From a bacterium (GTDB taxonomy: Bacteria > Armatimonadota > Zipacnadia > Zipacnadales > Zipacnadaceae), in NCBI GenBank assembly GCA_030602615.1, contig JAUVZM010000004.1, positions 17,170-81,169 of the forward strand: 64,000 nucleotides of DNA, read 5' to 3'. A program made the translations under genes and the position numbers. Of the stretch, positions 56,537 to 64,000 are shown piece after piece (position 1 is the first letter of the stretch; each line of letters starts with the position of its first letter). The notes under the pieces are model-generated. The model was not told the DNA's origin. It was given only the letters and a program-made list of their open reading frames with translations, and did not search any database.

Positions 56537-56738
56537 TCTCTGCTTAGGCTGAGCTATATTATTGGCCGAGCCGCCGCCGCCCACTGAACACCATATCCAG
56601 GCCGCTCCCGAAAGGTTGCACGACCCGGGAGCGGCCTGCTCAGTCAATAGACCAAGACTCAACTATCAGGCTGGATGTCGGCACGCCCAGCGCTATCCGG
56701 CTTCTCCCCACTAATGCAAAGTCAGGAGCAACCAAACC

Positions 56739-58010
56739 ATGAGCGGCAACTGGAGCAGTGCACCCGACGAGGATTTGGCTGGAGCTACCTTTGCCCGATA
56801 TGAGAAATTCATCAATCCCGGCTTAGCCACTCTCACCAAGTTTATGGGTCTGGAAGATGTCGAGGTCGCCGCCGAAGGCTGCTATGTTGTAGACTCAGCC
56901 GGTAACCGCTACCTCGACTGCCTGGGCGGGCCCGGTGTCTTCACGATGGGCCACTGCCACCCGCGGATCGTTGAGGCAGTCCAGAAACAGGCAGCACAGC
57001 AGCCGCTGGGCAGCCATATACTGCTCAACCCGATCTACGGCAAACTGGCCGAGCGACTGGCCGAAATCACCCCGGGCGATCTGCAATACTGCTTTGTGTG
57101 CAACTCCGGAGCCGAGGCAGTCGAAGCGGCGCTGAAGTTCGCCCGCGGCTGCACCGAGCGACCCAAGTTTGTGGCTGCTGAGGGCGCTTTCCACGGCAAG
57201 ACCTTCGGCGCGCTGAGCGCCTCGGGGCGCGATGTTTACAAGCAGCCCTTCGAGCCACTGCTCGAGGGCTTCACTCATGTCCCGTTCGGTGACGCCGAAG
57301 CGCTGGCCGAAGCCGTTGACGACCAGACAGCAGCCGTTATCCTGGAACCGATCCAGTGCGAAGCCGGAATCATCATCCCCCCCGAAGGCTATCTGACCGA
57401 GGCTCGCGAGATCTGTAATAACACTGGTGCGCTGCTCATCTTCGACGAGATCCAGACCGGCCTCGGGCGTACCGGGCGGATGTTCGCCTGCGACTGGGAA
57501 GAGGTCAGTCCTGATATCATGACACTGGGCAAGGCTCTCGGCGGCGGGGTGATGCCGATTGGCGCAGCTATTGCCACCCCCCAGGTTTGGACCATCTTTG
57601 AAGACAACCCCATAATTCACAGTTCCACTTTCGGGGGAAACCCGCTGGCCTGCGCCGCCGCCCTGGCGGCGCTGGAGGTGCTCATTGACGAGAATCTGGC
57701 CAGCAAGTGTGCCCAGCGCGGCGGGCAGCTTCTGGCAGGGCTTGGTGAGGCCGCCGCCGACTATCCGGAGATGATCAGCGCTGTGCGGGGCAAGGGCCTG
57801 CTGGTGGGCATAGAGTTTACCGACAGCGACCTGGGTGGTTTGACCATAACCGCTCTGGCCCAGCGCCAGATATTGGCCGCCTTTGCCCTAAATGATCCCC
57901 GGGTGCTAAGGTTCGAACCACCTGCAATCATCAGCGCCCAGCAAGTGGATCAAGTAATCCAAGCAACCTCTGAGGCATTAGCCCAGACCGCAGCCATACT
58001 TGAAATGTGA
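56739..58010 (+). CDS. class-III pyridoxal-phosphate aminotransferase (acetylornithine/GABA aminotransferase family)
   Basis: CNSGAEAVEAALKFAR, IFDEIQTGLGRTG, TLGKALGGG (PLP-Lys) motifs. Confidence 0.85.
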   Translation: MSGNWSSAPDEDLAGATFARYEKFINPGLATLTKFMGLEDVEVAAEGCYVVDSAGNRYLDCLGGPGVFTMGHCHPRIVEAVQKQAAQQPLGSHILLNPIYGKLAERLAEITPGDLQYCFVCNSGAEAVEAALKFARGCTERPKFVAAEGAFHGKTFGALSASGRDVYKQPFEPLLEGFTHVPFGDAEALAEAVDDQTAAVILEPIQCEAGIIIPPEGYLTEAREICNNTGALLIFDEIQTGLGRTGRMFACDWEEVSPDIMTLGKALGGGVMPIGAAIATPQVWTIFEDNPIIHSSTFGGNPLACAAALAALEVLIDENLASKCAQRGGQLLAGLGEAAADYPEMISAVRGKGLLVGIEFTDSDLGGLTITALAQRQILAAFALNDPRVLRFEPPAIISAQQVDQVIQATSEALAQTAAILEM

Positions 58011-58028
58011 GGCAATGGTGGCGAGGTC

Positions 58029-60155
58029 ATGGAGCAGCAGCCCCTGTACCTATTAGACCGCGAATCGCCGGCAGATCGCCGGCGACGCCAGCAAAGGCAA
58101 CAGCAGTCCACCTGCTTTAGTTGCCTGCTCGTGGTAATCTCGGCGCTAATCGCGCTTATTGTACTTTGGCGGCCGCTGGTTGGCTGGTGGCAGCAGCGAT
58201 TCGAGGCCGCCCAGGGTCGCCAGATAGTCGCAATGTTCCCCCTCCAGGTGCAGACTGACGCTACTGTCTACCGCCGGCATAATCTGGTGCGCTTTCAGGT
58301 CCAGATAACCAACCCCTACGGAGAGACAGTCAGACTGAAAGAGCCGCCCCAGATTGTAGTGCGACAGGACGAACAGATAGTAATGACCGTCGCGGGTGTG
58401 CGCCGACTTACTCCGCCGTGGAACGCCGCTCAGCAATCCTATGTCTGCCACTGGCCAATACCGTGGGCAGCTCAGCCCGGCAGATATGTAGCAGAAGCCA
58501 AGATCGAGATACTCAATCCCAATAACTGGCCCTGGCAATTAGACCTGCCCCCCGATGAGGAAAAACCCAGCTACGAACACGGCACCAGCTATTGTATTGC
58601 CCGGATGCCCTTTCAGATCACCCGCCAGCCCCCACCGGACATCTCGCCAGGGCTGTGCGTGGCCACCTGGGAGGCGGATTTCCCTGAAGGCCAAGCAATC
58701 AGACGTCCTGATGGTACCACCGGCGACTGGCAGGTGATCCTGGATTGGTGCGAGTTTTTGGGCGCTGATGCTCTGTGGTTCCGGGGAGCGGTGACCCGCC
58801 TCGGCTGCACTGATGAGGCTCCTTTCGCCAAGAAAAACCTGGAGGCCATTCCCCGCCTGGCGGCGGCCGCTCATCGGCGCGGCCTTCGTTTCGGCACGTG
58901 GGCTGTCGCATACGCCACCTATCCACGAAAACGCACAGACAACCGCGGGCTTCCTGTCTACCAGTGGGGCCAAGATATCTCCCTTAGCACCGGCCAGACT
59001 TCCAGTGTCTCTTTCATCTCGCTGTTGGATCCGAAGCGAATCACGCATCTGGCCGACTTCTTCGAGCAGATGCAAAGAACTCGTGAGGTCGACTTCGTAG
59101 GGCTGGACTACCTGCGCAACGAGCGCGGCGGCTATGAGATGGCTGAGGAGTTCACCTCGCAGATGCCCGTGGACCTGCCCGAGAACTGGGCAGACTACAG
59201 CCGCGAGCAGCGCTGGAAGTTTGTAGCCCACAAGGTAAAAAACGAATGGAACTCCGATGTAGACTTCTACGAGCAGTGGAACTGGTGGCGAGCCCACCTG
59301 AATGCCAGCAACGTTGAGCAGATGATTCGCAAAAGCGGCATACGCAAGCCGATCTGGGTCTTCCAACTGGGCTGGATGCACGGCGCGCAGCACGGCCAGG
59401 ATGCCCTTATGTTCAACGACGCCGGCGTGGCCCTGATTGCGCCTATGCTATATCAGACGCAGAGCTTCGAGCACTTCAACTACATCATCAAATCGTGGCA
59501 CAGGCACATCAAACCTGGTCAGGTAAATCTGGCCGCCGGCGACCAGGTGGATGACTACTGGCACAAGCCAGCCGCCAGTGCAACCAGAGGATCACGCCAG
59601 CCAGCGGCTCCGGACGTTATGTATCAGCGAATGGTGCGCGCTCATCGCGAGATGATCGAGGGCGAACGCACAGGCGGCGCTTTCTGGCATGATATTTCGC
59701 GGGCGGCCGTGCAGGGACGGCTTGGCCCCTATCCAGGCAGCGAATGGGCGCTGGCGGGAGCGGCTGCCTTCAGCGATATCCGCCAGTCGTGGGAGGTCTA
59801 TCCCCTCCGCGTACAATTGTCTGTGCCCGACAGTGCTCCCATCGGCGCCACCTGCACTGCCCGGGTGACAATTGAGAACGTTAGCCCGGCTCTAGCCCGG
59901 GATATCACCATTAAACTGGAAGATACCGAGCACATCGCCCCAGTTTCGCAAAGACAGCAACAGGTGGCTGAAATTGGACCGGGCGAAGCTCATATTGTGC
60001 CACTGCGCCTGCACATAACCCAGGCAGATCCCCAACGGGCTAACCGCTATATGGCGGCAGTGCGCGTGGGCTGGGCGCCGGGTGACTACGGCGACAAGGT
60101 CAGGGAAGATTTGCCCAGAACTATCGTAGCAATAAAGTACATCAACGGGACCTGA
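58029..60155 (+). CDS. membrane-anchored hypothetical protein (possible glycoside-hydrolase-like TIM-barrel domain)
   Basis: 708 aa; N-terminal TM; Trp-rich central region; no firm motif. Confidence 0.4.
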   Translation: MEQQPLYLLDRESPADRRRRQQRQQQSTCFSCLLVVISALIALIVLWRPLVGWWQQRFEAAQGRQIVAMFPLQVQTDATVYRRHNLVRFQVQITNPYGETVRLKEPPQIVVRQDEQIVMTVAGVRRLTPPWNAAQQSYVCHWPIPWAAQPGRYVAEAKIEILNPNNWPWQLDLPPDEEKPSYEHGTSYCIARMPFQITRQPPPDISPGLCVATWEADFPEGQAIRRPDGTTGDWQVILDWCEFLGADALWFRGAVTRLGCTDEAPFAKKNLEAIPRLAAAAHRRGLRFGTWAVAYATYPRKRTDNRGLPVYQWGQDISLSTGQTSSVSFISLLDPKRITHLADFFEQMQRTREVDFVGLDYLRNERGGYEMAEEFTSQMPVDLPENWADYSREQRWKFVAHKVKNEWNSDVDFYEQWNWWRAHLNASNVEQMIRKSGIRKPIWVFQLGWMHGAQHGQDALMFNDAGVALIAPMLYQTQSFEHFNYIIKSWHRHIKPGQVNLAAGDQVDDYWHKPAASATRGSRQPAAPDVMYQRMVRAHREMIEGERTGGAFWHDISRAAVQGRLGPYPGSEWALAGAAAFSDIRQSWEVYPLRVQLSVPDSAPIGATCTARVTIENVSPALARDITIKLEDTEHIAPVSQRQQQVAEIGPGEAHIVPLRLHITQADPQRANRYMAAVRVGWAPGDYGDKVREDLPRTIVAIKYINGT

Positions 60156-60245
60156 AGCATTACCGACTATTCTGCAAGCTGCCCCTGATCCGTCATCCCT
60201 TAAGTACAACTCATCGGCAGGTGCGCCAATCACGGTACTGCGAAG

Positions 60246-61052
60246 ATGAAGCTGAGCCAGATGTGGAGCAGATGGGTTGGTGACAAGCCGACGCTGCCTG
60301 AGAAATTCACTCAACCCGGTTGCGGCGAGTTCGCCGAGGTCGCTCCCTACTACGACCGGCTGATGAGCTCGGTGCCCTATGAAAGCTGGGTGGACTACGT
60401 CGAAGCGCTGCTCCAGCGCCACAACCGCCAGCCCCGCCGGGTGCTCGACCTGGCCTGCGGGACGGGTAAGGTCGGCTCGGAGCTTATCCGGCGAGGCTAT
60501 CAAGCATTCGGAGTGGATCTGTCTGAGCCGATGGTCCGCTACTGCCGAACGCAGAATCCCCCTCTGCCGGCGGCCACAATGGATGCCTGTCAACTGGCCC
60601 TGGCACCGCAAAGCCTCGACCTCATTGTTTCACTCTACGATAGCCTTAACTACATCCTTGACCCGACAGGGCTGCAAAGCTGCTTTGCCGGCGCCCGGCG
60701 CAGCCTGACTGACGAAGGCATGTTTATTTTCGACCTGAATACTGAACTGGCCCTGCGCGCGGGCCTCTTTACCCAGGATAATTTGCGGGGCAGCGATCCA
60801 CTGAAATACTCATGGCGGTCGTACTGGTATCCGGAGCGCGGGATCTGTCGCATTGATATGGGGTTTCGCTGGGAAGGCCCCGGGGGGCCACACGAATTTG
60901 AAGAAGTCCACTACGAGCGAGCTTACAGCAAATCAGAAGTCAAGCAGATGCTGGCCAGGGCCGGCTTCAGCACAATAACCGCCTACAACGGCTATACTTT
61001 CAAGCCACCGACGGCCCACTCGGATCGCATCTTTTACGTCGCCGAGAAGTAG
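60246..61052 (+). CDS. class I SAM-dependent methyltransferase
   Basis: motif I VLDLACGTGKVG; motif post-I FGVDLSEPM. Confidence 0.7.
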   Translation: MKLSQMWSRWVGDKPTLPEKFTQPGCGEFAEVAPYYDRLMSSVPYESWVDYVEALLQRHNRQPRRVLDLACGTGKVGSELIRRGYQAFGVDLSEPMVRYCRTQNPPLPAATMDACQLALAPQSLDLIVSLYDSLNYILDPTGLQSCFAGARRSLTDEGMFIFDLNTELALRAGLFTQDNLRGSDPLKYSWRSYWYPERGICRIDMGFRWEGPGGPHEFEEVHYERAYSKSEVKQMLARAGFSTITAYNGYTFKPPTAHSDRIFYVAEK

Positions 61053-61217
61053 AAGAGTGCCATAAAGCGCATCCTGCTGACCAGGAGGTTGACTGATGGG
61101 TCTGGGTAACATCAAGCGTCAATTCACCCTGCCCGGCGAACCAAGCCCACAGCAGGGCCGTAGACGGCCTGCGAGGGTCAGGGCCCAGTATACCGCACAC
61201 CGACAGACCGGCTGGTC

Positions 61218-62558
61218 TTGCGCGCCCACGGGAGGCAACTTGTGAGCAGAAAATGGCTTCGGGTAGTAATTGTGTTTGTGGGGCTCATAACGCTTGCTGC
61301 AGTTGTTGCCCTACGATTCGACGCGTTTGTTCTTTTGCGGCCCCAGTCCCCAGAAGATCAGTGCTACTTCAATATCCGGCTCATTACTGTCACTCTCGTT
61401 GTGTCGTACAGGGATGACCACGATTCCAAGCTCCCGTTGAGCAACTCCTGGCGCGAGGCCATAAGGCCCTATCTGGAAGCCTGCGTAGAGAAGCTCACGC
61501 CGCCTGCCTTAGAAACGGCAGGACTGGACCTCCGGCAGACATTTGCCCGAATGGCAGAGGTGCGGAATCGGCGAGATACCATAGAAAGGCTCAAGGGTGA
61601 AGGCGGTGTTGAAAGTCTCCTGCGATGCCCTGTTACCGGCAAACCATATGTACTAAACAGGCACTTGGCCGGTATTGACGGGACCATTGTGGAATCCGAG
61701 CTATGGAATAAGATACCTGTACTCTGGTGCGCACCTGCCGACGACGGAGGTGCGCCTCACGAGGTCAGATCGACCGACTCAATGTTGTTCAGGGGACCTA
61801 GGCCGGGGAGATTCTTTTCTGTAGGGTTTCTGGATGGACATTGCGAGATGTGCGAGGAAACCGTGTTCAGTGAGCGTGACTCGCACATTACAACGGATTA
61901 CGGCGGGCCCTTTGACCAAGACGATGGTACTCCCCGAGGGTTACAGGAGATATTGCAGGCTGCCATGCTTGGGGACACTGCCAAGATGCGAGAGCTCCTG
62001 GCCGACGGCACGGACGTCGACACTAAAGGCGCCTGCGACCGCACTCCGCTTCACCAAGCCGCACATCACGGACATACCGACCTGGTAGAGCTTCTGCTAG
62101 AACACGACGCCGACGTGGATGTTCAAGACTCATTCGGCTATACCCCACTGCGTAGGGCGGCGGACAGTGGTCACATCAGAATTGCGGAACAGCTTCTAGA
62201 ACACGGGGCGGACGTCAACACCACGGACTATGGTTATGTGCGCACGCCGCTGCACTCAGTAATCTACTTACGGGGCCTCATTGGTGCACCGCGCACTTCG
62301 ACTACGCACAGTTATGCAGAGATGGCAGAGCTATTGCTCGAGCACGGAGCCGACGTTGGCGCCAGAAACCATTTGGACTATACGCCACTCCATACGGCAG
62401 CGCAGCAAGGCTGCATCGCCATCGCGAAGCTCCTGCTGGCACACGGGGCCGACGTCAACAGCAAGGATACATGGGGCGAAACCCCACTGCAGCGAGCGGT
62501 CGGATATGAGAAGACGGAGGTGGCGGAAATCATACGGCAACACGGAGGTACAGAGTAA
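61218..62558 (+). CDS. DUF1559 (H-X9-DG)-like N-terminal domain protein with C-terminal ankyrin repeats
   Basis: N-terminal TM/prepilin-like helix, SWREAIRPYLEA and FLDGHCEM blocks (DUF1559-like); >=5 ankyrin repeats (TPLHxAAxxGHxxxxxLLLEHGADV). Confidence 0.6.
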   Translation: MRAHGRQLVSRKWLRVVIVFVGLITLAAVVALRFDAFVLLRPQSPEDQCYFNIRLITVTLVVSYRDDHDSKLPLSNSWREAIRPYLEACVEKLTPPALETAGLDLRQTFARMAEVRNRRDTIERLKGEGGVESLLRCPVTGKPYVLNRHLAGIDGTIVESELWNKIPVLWCAPADDGGAPHEVRSTDSMLFRGPRPGRFFSVGFLDGHCEMCEETVFSERDSHITTDYGGPFDQDDGTPRGLQEILQAAMLGDTAKMRELLADGTDVDTKGACDRTPLHQAAHHGHTDLVELLLEHDADVDVQDSFGYTPLRRAADSGHIRIAEQLLEHGADVNTTDYGYVRTPLHSVIYLRGLIGAPRTSTTHSYAEMAELLLEHGADVGARNHLDYTPLHTAAQQGCIAIAKLLLAHGADVNSKDTWGETPLQRAVGYEKTEVAEIIRQHGGTE

Positions 62559-62679
62559 CCCGTAGCCCACCAACACACACGAAGCCCGTAGACGGTCTGG
62601 GCTCGACGCTGGCGCTGACCGACCCCAATGAGAACGTCACAGACACGTATCGTTACTCCAGTGGAGTGTGATCAAAGCT

Positions 62680-64000
62680 ATGAGCAAAGCAGCACATCTG
62701 CAGCACGACGCCACCGAACGACCGCTTTCCGTCCTCCTTCCCGTCCGCCGCTTGCTCTCAATAATGGCACTGCTGGTGGCGGCATTTGCGCTTTTCCCCA
62801 ACGAAGCGGCAGCTAGCCCTTACAGTCTATTCCTGCAACTGGACAGTCCTGCGCTAGTCGAAGGCGGCGCTGATGTGCCCGGCCAGGTAACCGGCCGGCC
62901 CCAGGTACGCCGCCCCACCAGCCTGGTCGCAGCCGCCCGGCCTCTGGTGCTGGTGGACTACACCTCGCAGACCCCCGTGATTGTCAAGCGTGACGGGACT
63001 CGTCCGGGAGCCTGGCATTCCAAGCTGCTGTCGGTACAATACGTCACGCCCCTGCGCGAGACACCCCCGGAAAGCCTCTGGACGGTGGGTCTCGAGTTGG
63101 GCAAGGCTGACAATAATATCAGCTACGATTTGCTGGGGGAAAGTTACAGTATTTCAGCCGATAGCGACTCCTACGCGCTGAGTTTGGCTTATCAACTCAA
63201 TGATGACTGGCGAGTGGGGGCCGGCTGCGCCTGGACAGACAGCGCCGGCGAGGCGCGCGGGCCTGCTGTTGCAGATTACCTCGGCCTTGATGACAGCAAT
63301 TGGCCAGGGCTAAGTTCCGAGGCCACCGGATATGTGGTCGGCGTCTCTCACAGTACGCCCAAATGGCAGTGGGGCTTGCAGTACGACTGGTCGGCTCCCC
63401 GTCAGCGTCTGCGCGTGACAGCAGACTCGGATGATTACGGCCTGAGCTTGAAGGGAGATCAACATCGCCTGGAGGCCTACGTGGCCCGCCCTAAAGGCAG
63501 CGAGACCTATTTTCTGGCAGGATGGGACCAGAAAGCCGACACAGCCGGCATCTTCGCGCTGGGACTTACTGGTATGGCCGAAATCAACTTTGCTGCCAGA
63601 GATAAGTCGCTGATCGCGGGCTGGCGCAAAACCAAGGGTTCGCGAGGTCAGCAGCTTACCCTGGACTGGCGCAAGACAGGGTTTTTCACCGACAATCACG
63701 CCTACACCGGGCTGGTGCCTGATCCTACCAACGAGATGGCCGGCCTCCTGGGGGAGGCCGACATCTCCACCTACTCGCTGCGCTATGGGCGCCAGGATCC
63801 ACTCAACAGCCGGGTTGCCTTGCTCTCCAGCGTAACTGTCCATCGCGCCCTGTGCGACGGCAACTTGCTGCTGCGGCTCTCACCAGAAGAAGGGGAGGAT
63901 CCCGAGACCATCGCCGAATATCGCGTCGCCGACGGCCGACTCTACCTGTACACGATCTCCGTTGGGCTAAACTACCAAACTGACGACTACCGGGCCGCGC
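62680..64000 (+). CDS. secreted hypothetical protein (possible outer-membrane beta-barrel), 3'-partial at window edge
   Basis: frame open from ATG 62680 to window end (not in supplied track because no stop); signal peptide MALLVAAFALFPNEAAASP; alternating aromatic/Gly beta-like segments. Confidence 0.45.
   Translation, partial: MSKAAHLQHDATERPLSVLLPVRRLLSIMALLVAAFALFPNEAAASPYSLFLQLDSPALVEGGADVPGQVTGRPQVRRPTSLVAAARPLVLVDYTSQTPVIVKRDGTRPGAWHSKLLSVQYVTPLRETPPESLWTVGLELGKADNNISYDLLGESYSISADSDSYALSLAYQLNDDWRVGAGCAWTDSAGEARGPAVADYLGLDDSNWPGLSSEATGYVVGVSHSTPKWQWGLQYDWSAPRQRLRVTADSDDYGLSLKGDQHRLEAYVARPKGSETYFLAGWDQKADTAGIFALGLTGMAEINFAARDKSLIAGWRKTKGSRGQQLTLDWRKTGFFTDNHAYTGLVPDPTNEMAGLLGEADISTYSLRYGRQDPLNSRVALLSSVTVHRALCDGNLLLRLSPEEGEDPETIAEYRVADGRLYLYTISVGLNYQTDDYRAA

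Noticed and set aside
56580-56738. Possible integrase/att site next to tRNA-Pro
   Set aside because: No integrase or direct repeat of the tRNA 3' end found downstream; the next gene is a housekeeping aminotransferase.

Overview
High-GC (about 62-65%) bacterial chromosomal window. The host looks like a diderm: the putative outer-membrane beta-barrel proteins end in Phe. A DUF1559 (H-X9-DG) + ankyrin protein and copper-amine-oxidase-N-domain proteins suggest an Armatimonadota/PVC-like lineage (inference only). Region 1-16 kb is a phage-derived module: tail-tube-like gene, tail chaperone pair with an A8 slippery site (candidate -1 frameshift), large fibre-like proteins with BNR/Asp-box repeats interrupted by a single in-frame TAG, a GT9 heptosyltransferase-like gene, a lower-GC islet with a consensus sigma70 promoter, and a holin/lipoprotein/Amidase_2 lysis cassette. 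No tape-measure gene is recognisable and the module is riddled with host intergenic repeats, so it looks old or domesticated. Region 16-48 kb is accessory and mosaic. It holds a REP-associated tyrosine transposase (RAYT) flanked by its REP family (7 loci of this REP in the window), a second palindromic repeat family (8 copies, all at gene 3' ends, bidirectional-terminator-like), and a third short repeat. It also holds a GT4 glycosyltransferase, a recent tandem duplication of an OMP-like gene, mutM, and a low-GC single-gene insert encoding a 580-aa protein that combines a PD-(D/E)xK-like nuclease core with an IF2-domain-IV-like beta-barrel (candidate novel defence gene). Further along are a folE2 operon with two membrane proteins, a PAS-GGDEF cyclase next to an HD-GYP phosphodiesterase, rmlD preceded by a heptanucleotide microsatellite, two paralogous HTH_XRE-ImmA/IrrE(COG2856) + PIN-like (DUF4411-type) cassettes bracketing ahcY, and an SNase-like nuclease. 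Region 48-64 kb is housekeeping: hisB-hisA-hisI, large TPR proteins, der, plsY, gpsA, hup, tRNA-Pro(GGG), a class-III aminotransferase, a SAM-methyltransferase, a DUF1559/ankyrin protein, and a 3'-partial secreted protein. No rRNA and no CRISPR array. Many listed antisense ORFs are GC-driven shadow ORFs.
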